From positions 1,148,531 to 1,212,530 of the forward strand of contig CAVZDU010000001.1 of assembly GCA_963774265.1 (NCBI GenBank): a DNA stretch of 64,000 nt. The letters are read 5' to 3'. The DNA is from an uncultured Chloroflexia bacterium. GTDB lineage: Bacteria; Chloroflexota; Anaerolineae; CG2-30-64-16. The notes below the pieces were generated by a model, which saw nothing but the letters and a program-made list of their open reading frames with translations, was not told the origin of the DNA and ran no database searches. Of the stretch, positions 1 to 12,700 are shown piece after piece; within the stretch, counting starts at the first letter, position 1, and every line of letters starts with the position of its first letter. The position numbers and the translations under genes are program-made.

Positions 1-1436
<1,436 letters not shown>

Positions 1437-1444
1437 GCAGTGCT

Positions 1445-2370
1445 ATGCCCAGCACACGCGAAATCCGCCGCCGCATCCGCAGCGTCAAGAACATCGCCAA
1501 GGTCACCAAGGCGATGGAGACGGTGGCCGCGTCCAAGATGCGCAAGGCGCAACAGCAGGTGTTGGCGACCCGCCCCTACGCCGAGAAGTCGTGGGAGGTG
1601 CTGACCTACCTGGCCCGGCTGCGCAGCGCGGCGGCCTCGGAACAGCCCCTGCTCCAACAGCGCCCGGTCAAGAAGATCGGCCTGCTGCTGATCACCGGCG
1701 ACCGCGGCCTGGCCGGCGCGTACAACAGCAACATCATCCGCAAGGCGGCCGACCAGATCACTGCGTGGGAGGGTGCGGGCGTCAACGTGACCGTGGTGAC
1801 CGTCGGCCGCAAGGGCCGGGATCTGGATGCTGCGCCACGGCCCACCGCTGCGCGCGGAGTTCACCGGCCTCAGCGACCGGCCGACGAGCAACGATATCGC
1901 GCCGGTGGCCAGCGTGCTGATCGAGGATTTCATCGCGGCGACTTCGACGCGGTCTACATGGCGTTCACGAACTTCGTCACAACACCTGCGCCAGGAGCCG
2001 CGGCTCGTGCAGCTGCTGCCCATCGTGCCGGCGCAGCCCGCTGCGCCGACTGGCGACCGACTACATCTTCGAGCCGGACCCGCAGACGATCCTGGACGAG
2101 GTGCTGCGCGGCCTGACCGAGCTGCAGATCCTGCAGGCGATCTACGAGTCCATCGCCAGCGAGCAGTCGGCCCGCATGGTCGCCATGCGCAACGCCACCG
2201 ACGCGGCCAACGATCTGATCGGCGACCTGACCCTGTCCTACAACAAGGCCCGCCAGGAATCGATCACGAAAGAGCTGCTGGACATCGTGGGCGGGGCGAG
2301 CGTGCGCAGCGTAGTGACCAGGGCGGCCATGATCTGGACACGGATCGTCGATACTGTATCGCGAGTATGA
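1445..2370 (+). CDS. atpG: ATP synthase subunit gamma, with at least 4 frame breaks. The 3' end is uncertain (2310-2370).
   Basis: ATG 1445 gives [36 protein letters not shown]. Further pieces lie in other frames: [43 protein letters not shown], and ORF 2101..2370 with [47 protein letters not shown]. Confidence 0.85.
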
Positions 2371-2374
2371 GAAC

Positions 2375-4252
<1,878 letters not shown>

Positions 4253-4273
4253 CTCGGCGGCGAATCGCTGTTC

Positions 4274-4315
4274 GAGAGGCGCAACGCGTTGGACCGCGCT
4301 GCGCCTCTCCATTTT
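4274..4315 (+). terminator. Rho-independent terminator after the atp operon
   Basis: GAGAGGCGC ... GCGCCTCTC stem followed by ATTTT. Confidence 0.6.
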
Positions 4316-4350
4316 GCCAAACCAGTCGTGGGCAAAACACCTGCTCCTTT

Positions 4351-4379
4351 TTGCGCATGCTCCGTCAGTGACGTATAAT
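4351..4379 (+). promoter_or_regulatory. Candidate sigma-70-type promoter for mreB
   Basis: TTGCGC, 17-nt spacer, TATAAT, about 95 nt upstream of the mreB ATG. Confidence 0.4.
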
Positions 4380-4475
4380 TTATCGAATCCCCTACAGGCG
4401 GGATTGCCTTAGCGCGTCGTATGTCTGTCCTGCAGTAATGTTGGAAATGGGGACCTCAGGTACGCAGGAGCCATC

Positions 4476-5498
4476 ATGTTCGAACGACAGTCGGCATTGA
4501 CCTGGGCACGGTCAACGTGCTGGTATACGTCAGCGGCCGGGGCATCGTGCTGCGCGAGCCGTCGGTGGTTGCCATTTCGATCCGAGATAACAAGATCGTC
4601 GCGGTGGGGCAAGAGGCGCGCGACATGATCGGCCGCGCGCCGGAGAGCATCGAGGTAGCCCGGCCCATGCGCGATGGCGTGATCGCCGACTATGTGGTCA
4701 CCGAGGCCATGCTGCGCTACTTCATCCGCAAGGTGGTCGGCCGCAACCCGCTGTTCAAGCCGCGGGTGATGATCAGCATTCCCAAGGGCGTCACCAGCGT
4801 GGAGAGCCGCGCCGTGCACGACGCCGCGATGCAGGCCGGCGCCAAGGAAGCCTACCTGATCCCCGAGCCGTTGGCGGCTGCCTACGGCGCGGGTCTGCCC
4901 ATCGGCACGCCGACCGGCAATATGGTGGTGGACCTCGGCGGCGGCACCACCGAGGCAGCCGTGGTCTCGATGAACGACATCGTGGTGTGGAGCAGCGTGC
5001 GCGTGGGCGGCATCCGCACCGATGAGTCGATCATGACCTATGTGCGCAAGAAGTACAACCTGATCATCGGCGAGCAGACCGCCGAGGAGATCAAGATCAC
5101 GATCGGCAGCGCCTTGCCCTTGCCTGAGGAACTGAGTATGGAGGTGCGCGGCCGCGACCAGGTCGCCGGCCTGCCGAAGACCATCATCCTGACCTCGGGC
5201 GAGATCACCGAGGCCATGGCCGAGCCGTTGGCCGCGATCATCGGGGTCGATCCGGCAGACACTGGAGAAGACACCGCCTGAGCTGGCCGCCGATATCATC
5301 GACCGCGGCATGGTGCTGAGCGGCGGCGGCGCGCAATTGCGCAACATCGACCGACTGGTGACCAAGGAGACGGGCGTACCGTCGTTCGTGGCCGAACACC
5401 CGATGGCCTGCGTGGCGCTGGGCGCTGGGCGGGCGCTGGAGAACTACGCTATCATGCGTCGCAGCTTGCCGGTTGCAGGCAGCAGTAACAACATCTAA
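4476..5498 (+). CDS. mreB: Rod-shape determining protein MreB, with frame breaks near ~4490 and ~5270
   Basis: ATG 4476 is preceded by AGGAG. ORF 4517..5281 has [21 protein letters not shown] and the actin-fold motifs. ORF 5310..5498 has [24 protein letters not shown]. Confidence 0.85.
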
Positions 5499-6619
5499 GT
5501 AGGTAACAGAAAATTCGGGGCACTTCTTCGTTGCCTGATATACTGGGGTTACGGAGGGTGCCATGATCTATGTACGAACACCAACGGATGCTGAACTGCA
5601 AGAGCTCAAGCGAATGACCCGCCATGAGATCGGGCGGGTTAGCCAACGAGCGCAGATGGTTCTGCTCTCAGCGCAGCAGCGCACGGTGCCTGAGATCGCC
5701 GTCATCTTTGGCGTCAAGTACAAGACCGTGCGCAAATGGCTCCGCCGCTTCAATGCGGCCGGGCCGGCCGGACTGTATGATGAGCCGCGGAGTGGGCGGC
5801 CGCGGACGCTGACCGACCGTGTCCGTGACACTTTGGTCGACATGAGCGAGCAGGATCCCGAGCAGTCGGACTATCCCGCGACCTTGTGGACGGTTGCGAT
5901 GCTGGCCTTAGCCTTGGCCGAGAAGATCGGCGTGTATCTGAGCCATAGCACCCTGCGTCAGACGCTGCATGCGGCCGGCCTGGCCTGGAGCCGCCCACGA
6001 CTCGCCATGCCCCGCAAGACTGATCCGCAGAAGGCGGCCAAGCAGTGGGCAATAGTGCAGGCCGTGATTGGGGCTGGCCCAGCTGCAGTCGTGCTGTACG
6101 CCGACGAATCGCGCATCCAGATGCTACCGTTGATTCGAGCAATGTGGCATCGGCTGGGCCAGCAGATCCGTGTCCCGACGCCCGGCAGCAATCAGACGCG
6201 CAGCCTATTTGGAGCGCTCAACATTCGCACGGGCCAGTGGACGTGGTTGATCCGCGAGCATATGCACAAAGAAGACTTCATCACTTTCCTGGAACACCTG
6301 TTGACGGTGTATGCCAGCGGTCCGATCATTCTGATCGTCGATAACTACTCCAGCCATACGGCTAAGGCCATCGATGCCTGGCTGACTGAGCACCCGCGAC
6401 TCCAGTTGCACTACCTGCCGAAGTACTGCTCGCATCTGAATCCGGTTGAGAACATCTGGCTGCGTCTCAAAGGCCAGACCGCCGCTGACCGCTTGTACGG
6501 TTCGCTGCATGGTCTGCTGGACGCCGTCACACGCTTCTTCGACCATATGACGCCAGCGATGGCGTTGACCTGGGCCAGTCTCGACTGAAAAGTGACCCGT
6601 ACTTTTTGTGACATACTTA
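5496..6619 (+). mobile_element. IS630-family insertion sequence (~1.12 kb) flanked by a TA/TA target duplication
   Basis: Imperfect terminal inverted repeats: TAAGTAGGTAACAGAAAATTCGGGGCACTT at the left end versus the reverse complement of 6585-6619, TAAGTATGTCACAAAAAGTACGGGTCACTT (~26/36 identical). TA is present at 5496-5497 and 6618-6619. A single intact DDE transposase ORF lies inside. Confidence 0.8.
5563..6588 (+). CDS. IS630-family transposase (HTH plus DDE_3 domain), intact
   Basis: 341-aa ORF. N-terminal HTH region AELQELKRMTRH...TVRKWLRRFNAAGPAGLYDEPRSGRP. C-terminal part IILIVDNYSSHTAK...LHYLPKYCSHLNPVENIW. Confidence 0.9.
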   Translation: MIYVRTPTDAELQELKRMTRHEIGRVSQRAQMVLLSAQQRTVPEIAVIFGVKYKTVRKWLRRFNAAGPAGLYDEPRSGRPRTLTDRVRDTLVDMSEQDPEQSDYPATLWTVAMLALALAEKIGVYLSHSTLRQTLHAAGLAWSRPRLAMPRKTDPQKAAKQWAIVQAVIGAGPAAVVLYADESRIQMLPLIRAMWHRLGQQIRVPTPGSNQTRSLFGALNIRTGQWTWLIREHMHKEDFITFLEHLLTVYASGPIILIVDNYSSHTAKAIDAWLTEHPRLQLHYLPKYCSHLNPVENIWLRLKGQTAADRLYGSLHGLLDAVTRFFDHMTPAMALTWASLD

Positions 6620-6641
6620 GCAGCCGTAGTTTGTGAACTCA

Positions 6642-6681
6642 GAACCAGGCCTCTTGCCGAAAGCAGAAGCCTGGTTTTTTT
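6642..6681 (+). terminator. Rho-independent terminator, probably the original mreB terminator now displaced by the IS
   Basis: GAACCAGGC ... GCCTGGTT stem followed by TTTTTTT. Confidence 0.55.
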
Positions 6682-6737
6682 GTCCGTCAACTACCAGGAA
6701 TGCACGCCGCGGGTATGCGTTGGGGGATTGGATGGCA

Positions 6738-7652
6738 CTAACGCCGCGCGCGGATCGCTTCAACCGCCGCACGAGCCGCTTTGCGGACCTTATTCTTCCT
6801 ATCACTGGCAGCGGCAGTTTCGAGCGCAGGGATGGATTTGGGACTACCAATGACCCCGAGCGCCTGGGCTGCAGCCTCGCGCACCATGCCGTTGCCGTCA
6901 TCGCTCAGTAAACTTGCCAGATTGGGAGCAGCCGCCGGGTCGCGTAATATGCCGAGAGCCAGGGCGGCCTCGGCGCGGATCGCCGCGTCAGCGTGAGTCA
7001 GTGCATCGCTCAACGGCGATACGACGTCAGGATCACGCGATTGTCCGAGCACCTTGGCGGCCAGTTGTTGGAGTTGCGGATCGCCGGTGTAGAGCCGTTC
7101 GATCCAGATCGCGGTATCCGCCCGAGAGTGTGCTGGAATTTGCTCTCTCGCTTTCTCGGCCGCCAGGAACTCATCGTAGAGGTCTGCGAAGGCGGGGTCG
7201 CGGGGATTGGGAGCCGGCTCAGTCGCGAATGACGCCGGGGTGCGTCTCTTTGGCTTGCTGCGGGCCATCTGGCTGGAGAACTCGCTTGCCGACAGGATGC
7301 TGGCGCCCAAGCTTCGCACGCGCGCCGTGAGACCCTGATCGTTGGTTACGACCGCATATTGTCCGGGCTGACGATTCGAGCGCAGGAAATCGACGATAGC
7401 GTCGTCCGCGCTTTTGCCGGGCGGCGCGTAGTGCACCGCCATGCCAGGCCATGAAGGAATCGAGGTCGGATGTCGCCCAGGGTCAGGGGCAACGCTCAGG
7501 GGGTTCCCATCGAAGAAGACGATCATCTGGCCCGCGCCCTGTGCACGGTAAGATAGCAGCCGCGCGATCAGCCGGGCCTCATCATCTGGCTGAGACAGGG
7601 AAATATCGGGCAAGACGCCGATCAGATTGTGGCCATCGATTATGTAAGCCAT
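6738..7652 (-). CDS. NYN/YacP-like (PIN-related) nuclease domain fused to C-terminal HEAT-type repeats
   Basis: The N-terminus MAYIIDGHNLIG...IVFFDG...AVVTNDQGL resembles the YacP/Rae1 family. The C-terminus has repeated DPxVRxxAAxALG units (IRAEAALALGIL, VREAAAQALGVIG, VRKAARAAVEAI). Confidence 0.6.
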   Translation of the reverse strand: MAYIIDGHNLIGVLPDISLSQPDDEARLIARLLSYRAQGAGQMIVFFDGNPLSVAPDPGRHPTSIPSWPGMAVHYAPPGKSADDAIVDFLRSNRQPGQYAVVTNDQGLTARVRSLGASILSASEFSSQMARSKPKRRTPASFATEPAPNPRDPAFADLYDEFLAAEKAREQIPAHSRADTAIWIERLYTGDPQLQQLAAKVLGQSRDPDVVSPLSDALTHADAAIRAEAALALGILRDPAAAPNLASLLSDDGNGMVREAAAQALGVIGSPKSIPALETAAASDRKNKVRKAARAAVEAIRARR

Positions 7653-7710
7653 GGGGCGACTCGTTGACCTCGGTCGTAGTGTATGCTATGATCGCGTGGG
7701 AGTCAATGCC

Positions 7711-9003
7711 ATGAATCACTTCCGAACACACCTGCTTTTTCTCTTGCTTGTGACCGCGCTCCTGTGGGGCGGAGGCGCAGCCGCTCAAAGCCCGGGCGCT
7801 GTCAAATTGGCCGAATTCAAGGGGCCTGTGACCCCTGTGCTGGCGTCCTATATCGAGCGCTCGATCGCTGACGCAGAGGCACAAGCTGCGGCCTTGCTGG
7901 TTATCGAGTTGGACACGCCGGGCGGCTCGGTCGATATCACCAAGAATATCACTCAGGTCATGACGGCTGCCCGCGTCCCAGTGGTGGTTTGGGTGGCGCC
8001 CAGCGGTGCGCATGCGGGCTCGGCCGGGACCTTCATTACGCTTGCCGCACACGTGGCCGCGATGGCGCCGGGCAGCAGCATCGGCGCGGCCAGCCCGGTA
8101 AGCAGCGAAGGGCAGGACTTGAACGATACGATGAAGGCCAAGGAGACGAATATCCTGGTGGCCGATATCAAGAACCTGGCCGCGCGGCGCGGAGAGAAGG
8201 CGGTGGCGTGGGCAGAGAAGGCTGTGTCTGAGGCGGCGGCCGCAACCGCTCAAGAGGCGCTCGATCTGGGTGTTGTGGATATCGTCGCGAATGACCTGGA
8301 CGATCTGCTGCGCCAGTTGGATGGCCGCACCGTCACCATCGCTGGCGAGGAAATCACCTTGCAGGTCAGCGATGCGCCTGTGGAAACAATCCCGCTCAAC
8401 CCCCTGGAGGGGCTGCTCAACCAGCTCACCAACCCTGCGTTGGCCGCCATCCTGCTCACCATCGGCCTTAATGCCATTCTGTTCGAGCTTTCCAGCCCCG
8501 GCGGCTATGCCGCGGGTATTATTGGCGTAATCTGCATCCTGATGGCGTTCTATGCGCTCGGCACGGTCAATGCCAACTGGACCGGGCTGGCGTTTGTGCT
8601 GCTCGCCGTGGTGCTTTTCATTCTGGACATCAAGGCGCCCACCCACGGTGCGTTGACACTTGGTGGCCTCGTTAGTTTTGTCTTCGGGCTTTATCTACTT
8701 TACAACACCTCCGACGTCCCGGTTCCCTGGCCTTCGATCATCGTTTCGGCTTTGGCGACGGGAGGGTTCTTTGCGTTTGCTGTGGCGAAGGCCCTTGCGA
8801 TCCAGCGCCGGCCCGCAGTGGGAGGGATGACAGGCATGGTGGGGCAGACAGGGATAGTGCGCCAACCGCTTGAGCCACACGGCATGGTGCTGCTGAACGG
8901 TGAGCTTTGGAAGGCGGAGTCGGAATCAGGTCCGCTTCCTGCGGGGGACCCTGTAGTGGTGACGCGGCAGGAGGGCTTTCTGCTCTGGGTTCGGAGAGTC
9001 TGA
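7711..9003 (+). CDS. NfeD-family membrane-bound ClpP-class serine protease
   Basis: ELDTPGGSVDITKNI...VVVWVAPSGAHAGSAGTFITLAAHVAAMAPGSSIGAASPV, followed by several TM helices and a C-terminal OB-like domain. ATG 7711 (MNHFRTHLLFLLL signal/anchor) is preferred over the ORF start at 7651. Confidence 0.8.
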   Translation: MNHFRTHLLFLLLVTALLWGGGAAAQSPGAVKLAEFKGPVTPVLASYIERSIADAEAQAAALLVIELDTPGGSVDITKNITQVMTAARVPVVVWVAPSGAHAGSAGTFITLAAHVAAMAPGSSIGAASPVSSEGQDLNDTMKAKETNILVADIKNLAARRGEKAVAWAEKAVSEAAAATAQEALDLGVVDIVANDLDDLLRQLDGRTVTIAGEEITLQVSDAPVETIPLNPLEGLLNQLTNPALAAILLTIGLNAILFELSSPGGYAAGIIGVICILMAFYALGTVNANWTGLAFVLLAVVLFILDIKAPTHGALTLGGLVSFVFGLYLLYNTSDVPVPWPSIIVSALATGGFFAFAVAKALAIQRRPAVGGMTGMVGQTGIVRQPLEPHGMVLLNGELWKAESESGPLPAGDPVVVTRQEGFLLWVRRV

Positions 9004-9017
9004 CCCTTGCACTGCAT

Positions 9018-9058
9018 AACAAACCGGGTTGCCTCCAGAGGGAGGAAACCCGGTTTGT
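9018..9058. terminator. Hairpin between the convergent NfeD and permease genes
   Basis: AACAAACCGGGTT ... AACCCGGTTTGT stem. There is no strong U-tract on either side. Confidence 0.4.
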
Positions 9059-9095
9059 CGTTAAGGAGGCATTTCGGGCTGGGCGCCTTATGCGA

Positions 9096-9879
9096 TCACC
9101 CGGCACCCTGGCGGCGACCCACAAGGGTGAGCAGCACGAACACCAACAGTGCGCTGACAATTAACACGACGGCCACCGGCTGCGCGGCCGCCAATCCAAA
9201 ACCTTCGAAACGTTCGTATACCAGCACCGGCACCACCTTGGGATGGTAGGCCAGGATGACCACCGCGCCGAACTCGCTGACTCCGCGCGCCCACATCATC
9301 AGTGCGCCGGTCAGCACGCCTCGCCATGCTTGCGGCAGCGTCACGTGCCAGAACGCCTGCCACGGCGAGGCGCCATCGACCAGTGCTGCCAGCTCATACT
9401 CCTCATCGACTCTGCGCAAACGCCTCTCGGCCCGCGTTCACCAGGAAGGGCAGGCCGACGAAGGCCATCGCAACCGCGACGCCCGCCGCGGTGTCGGTGA
9501 AAGTGATGCCGATCGGCGCGAAGGCCCGGCCGAACATCCCCCGCCGGCCGAAGACCATCAGCAGGGCGATTCCTGCTGCGGTATGCGGGATCACCAGCGG
9601 AAGGTTGACAAGCGCCTGCACCAGACGCTTGCCGGGGAAGGACCGCCGTGCGGTCAGATAAGCCAGTGGCACCCCGGTGACGAGACCGAAGACCACCGCG
9701 GCCAGTGCGGCCAGGAAGGTCAGCCGGATCGAGCCCAGCACCTCCGGGTCATGGAGCGCATCCCAGAATGAGATCGGCGTCGTGGAGAAGAGGGTGTTGG
9801 CGAGCGGCGCCACCAGGAAGAGCAGCAGCGCCCCGCTCGCCAGGGCAAAGAGGACGTCGAGGGCAGAACGGCGGCTCAC
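9096..9879 (-). CDS. ABC transporter permease, molybdate/tungstate (WtpB/ModB-like) type, with one frame break at ~9410
   Basis: ORFs 9403..9879 and 9096..9419 join into a typical 6-TM binding-protein-dependent permease (LVNLPLVIPHTAAGIALL, EEYELAALVDGASPWQAFWHVTLP EAA-loop). Confidence 0.75.
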
Positions 9880-11042
9880 GGTGTCTCCGCAGGGCGACAG
9901 AGCGCCTGAAGCTGCACAGGCACATGCTCGTAACCGTCGGCCAGTGGAGTCTCGAACATCGGGTGGTAGTTCGCCTCCATCACGGCGCGACCCTGGGGGC
10001 CAAGGAGAAACGCGATGAACTGGCTGGCTTCCCCCGGATGCGGCGCGCTCTCTGGGATCGTTATCCCGTAGCCGATGCGCTCGCCGTGGAACTTCGGTTT
10101 CACGGTGGCGAAACGCCGGACGTCCAGGTTGACTTGGACACGACCGTAGTCAGCCTGGTGCTCGGCAGAGCCGAGATTCTCCTCATCGGGCAGGTGCAGC
10201 ATCTCCAGTCCATGCTGGCGGATCACCGACTCGTACTCGAACGCATAGTCAAGGTCACCGGACTCCAGCAGAGCCACGAGCTGGATGCTGGCACCGCGCA
10301 GCATGACATGAGCACCGGATCGCGTCTCCAGCACTTCGGGCACGGTCACTGTCGCCAGGTCATCATCCAGAAAAAGCGTCACCGCCTGGGTGAACTGGCC
10401 ATTGAACAGGTTGGCGAAGTAGGTGTAACGTCGTGCGCGTTCCTGCGCCAGCACGACCGCCATGAACGCCCGGTATCCCGCTGCGTCGAAGCGTGGGTCC
10501 GCGATCCCCACCTTCACGTCGGGGCGAGCCAGCACCTCCGGCCAGTTGTCGGCCGTCAGCTCGGCGGCATACTTGCTGCCCCGGTTGTAGGCCAGCGTCA
10601 GCCGGTTGGTGGCGAAGCGAATGTACCAGTCGGCGTAGGGATGACCCGTCCCGGGGTCAATGGCCCCGGTCATCAGCATCGGGATCAGCGAGGCGTCGGC
10701 CGTCGCAACCACGTCGATGGGTTCGTGCAGCTCGGTGGCGTGGCGGATGACCTGGATGCTGCCGTGATATTCGGCGCGCACGTCTATCTGCGGATACTGT
10801 GCTTCGAACGCGGCCTCCAGCGCTTTGAACGGCACAATAAGACTGCCCGCCCCGAACACGACGAGGGGGACGCGGCTCGCGGGTGGCGTTGAGGCCGCCG
10901 CAACGGTCGGGACCGATGGCAGTCCGGGGGATGGGGTCGGCGTGGCGGCCGGCGGCGCGGGGAGTGCTGCGGGTGCCACGCAGCCGATCAGCAGCACGGC
11001 TATTACCGTAAGGATGAGCCGGGTAAGCCAGCGTTTTGACAT
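9876..11042 (-). CDS. WtpA-like tungstate/molybdate substrate-binding lipoprotein
   Basis: Lipobox LIGC. VVFGAGSLIVPFKALEAAFEAQYPQIDVRAEYHGSIQVIRH...VVATAD...GIADPRFDAAGYRA...LESGDLDYAFEYESV follows the archaeal-type WtpA layout as I recall it. Overlaps the permease start by 4 nt. Confidence 0.7.
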   Translation of the reverse strand: MSKRWLTRLILTVIAVLLIGCVAPAALPAPPAATPTPSPGLPSVPTVAAASTPPASRVPLVVFGAGSLIVPFKALEAAFEAQYPQIDVRAEYHGSIQVIRHATELHEPIDVVATADASLIPMLMTGAIDPGTGHPYADWYIRFATNRLTLAYNRGSKYAAELTADNWPEVLARPDVKVGIADPRFDAAGYRAFMAVVLAQERARRYTYFANLFNGQFTQAVTLFLDDDLATVTVPEVLETRSGAHVMLRGASIQLVALLESGDLDYAFEYESVIRQHGLEMLHLPDEENLGSAEHQADYGRVQVNLDVRRFATVKPKFHGERIGYGITIPESAPHPGEASQFIAFLLGPQGRAVMEANYHPMFETPLADGYEHVPVQLQALCRPAETP

Positions 11043-11069
11043 CGTAAGCCTTGATCTGAGGATAGGATT

Positions 11070-11096
11070 GTAGGACAGGTTGCCAACCTGTCCTAC
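11070..11096 (-). terminator. Perfect 13+13 palindrome in the intercistronic gap (possible attenuator or RNA-processing hairpin)
   Basis: GTAGGACAGGTTG c CAACCTGTCCTAC. No U-tract. Confidence 0.3.
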
Positions 11097-11103
11097 GTTG
11101 TGA

Positions 11104-12615
11104 TTACTTCAGTTCGATCTGGCTCACTTCCTTCACCCACAAGCCGCTGGACAAGCCGGGCATGGCGAGCTTGAGCTTGCCCGGCGTGTTCGTGAAGGCC
11201 ACCAGGCAGTCGGCGCAGCCGAGCACGTCGGCCAGCGCGGCCTCGCTTGAATAGCCGTCCGCTGCGGTGAAGACAATCTTCGTGGCGCCGGCGGCTGGCA
11301 CGGCAAGCGCCAGCAGGTCGCCCAGCCGCACACCTTCGTATTCCGCCACCCCCGACTTCGGGTGCTCCGCAGTAATCTTGACCACCTGCATACCGCGCAG
11401 GTCGGCTTCTTTCAGACCCAGCGGAGTTTCCACCGCACCGATGACCACCAGGTCGCCCGCCACGGCCGCGGGGGCCGCCTGTGTGGAGGCAACGGTCGGC
11501 TTCGGGGCCTCCGTAGGCTCGGCAGCGGCGGCATCCGTCCCATTGAGCTTGAGGTCGATCTCGCCGATCGTGCCCACCATTTCGTTGTTCTTCAGCGAGT
11601 CGCCGACCAGCCGCAGCGGGGCGTATTGCTCGGGCAGCGGGTTGTCGTTGACCAGTGAGGCGACCAGGACGCCGTTCTGTCGGGCCAGCGGCGCGCTGTC
11701 GAGGGTGGCCGTGTAGCCATCTTGCGCTACGACCTCAACTTTGTAGCCCGCCAGGGCCAGCGCCTCGTTGAACGCCGGACCTTGATGCTTGACCTCGTCA
11801 TCGGCGTAGCCCATCAGTAGCCACAGCGGGACACCGGTCCACACCTGGGCCTTACTATCGGTCCAGGTCGCCTTGTGGCACCCTACGCACGACTCGAAGG
11901 TGCCGCGATCGATCTTCGCCTGGATGCCACCGTTCAAATCCAGCGTCCAGTCGGCCCCCAAGGGCTTGACCTCCAGTTTGGTGATCCACTTCACCGACCA
12001 GTGCCCGTCGGTCACCTGATCACGCTTCGGGCTGATGATCACGATGCGCAGGGCGCCGTCGCTATCCTCTGGCAGGGGTTTGCCCTCGCGCTCGAAGGCG
12101 AGCATGGCGGTCAGGCTGCCGGGCGACTTCAACTCATCGCCTGTGGCGGGATCGTAGGCGATGAACGTCCCTTTGGTCAGTTGATCGTAAGAGAAGGTGA
12201 TGGCGTAGCCGTCCTTGGCGACCGCGTTGACCCCCATCTCGGGATCAAGCGGACCAAGCAATTCGGCGAGGGTCAGCAGGCTGACGCCCCGATGCGCGAC
12301 CGGAGGCGTGATCTTGCCGGTGCTGCTCTTGAACCCCGCCGCGCCTTCGATCACATCGAGCTGCTTGAGGTCATCGAGGGTTAGTAACTTGGAGCCGGAC
12401 GGCCCGACGACTTCCAGGATCGACGGAGGCACAAGGGTTGCAGCAGGCGGGATAGGTGTGGCCGTTGGGGGAACGGGCGACGCAGATGGGGGCACAACTG
12501 TAGCTGCCGGCGGGGGAGCCGGCGCTGCTGCAGGCACGGGTGCGCAACCACCCAGCACAAGCTGAGCGGCAAGCAGCGACAGACAAAGGATGGACAGAGC
12601 GGCAGAAGATTTCAT
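11104..12615 (-). CDS. Lipoprotein built from three copies of a ~110-130-aa domain. The pattern looks like a SUOX/YedY-type Moco-binding domain, which is unverified.
   Basis: Lipobox LGGC followed by a Pro/Ala linker. The three units end ...HWSVKWITKLEVK, ...MVGTIGEIDLK and ...LWVKEVSQIELK. The middle unit contains CVGCH. Confidence 0.5.
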   Translation of the reverse strand: MKSSAALSILCLSLLAAQLVLGGCAPVPAAAPAPPPAATVVPPSASPVPPTATPIPPAATLVPPSILEVVGPSGSKLLTLDDLKQLDVIEGAAGFKSSTGKITPPVAHRGVSLLTLAELLGPLDPEMGVNAVAKDGYAITFSYDQLTKGTFIAYDPATGDELKSPGSLTAMLAFEREGKPLPEDSDGALRIVIISPKRDQVTDGHWSVKWITKLEVKPLGADWTLDLNGGIQAKIDRGTFESCVGCHKATWTDSKAQVWTGVPLWLLMGYADDEVKHQGPAFNEALALAGYKVEVVAQDGYTATLDSAPLARQNGVLVASLVNDNPLPEQYAPLRLVGDSLKNNEMVGTIGEIDLKLNGTDAAAAEPTEAPKPTVASTQAAPAAVAGDLVVIGAVETPLGLKEADLRGMQVVKITAEHPKSGVAEYEGVRLGDLLALAVPAAGATKIVFTAADGYSSEAALADVLGCADCLVAFTNTPGKLKLAMPGLSSGLWVKEVSQIELK

Positions 12616-12648
12616 TAAAGCTCCTTCGTTGGAGTGATGGCAGAAATT

Positions 12649-12680
12649 AGATACCGCTGACGAACTCGTCAGCGGTATCT
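12649..12680 (-). terminator. Near-perfect 32-nt palindrome between two genes of the same operon
   Basis: AGATACCGCTGACGA ac TCGTCAGCGGTATCT. Confidence 0.3.
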
Positions 12681-12700
12681 GAACTGAGGCGTACCCGTCG

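Noticed and set aside
7651-7710. Upstream extension of the NfeD ORF, and an expected stomatin/SPFH partner gene
   Set aside because: The extension overlaps the divergent NYN gene start and lacks a Shine-Dalgarno sequence, while ATG 7711 gives a proper signal/anchor. No SPFH gene is present, because the next gene is convergent. This is noted as an orphan NfeD but is not remarkable enough to list as a finding.
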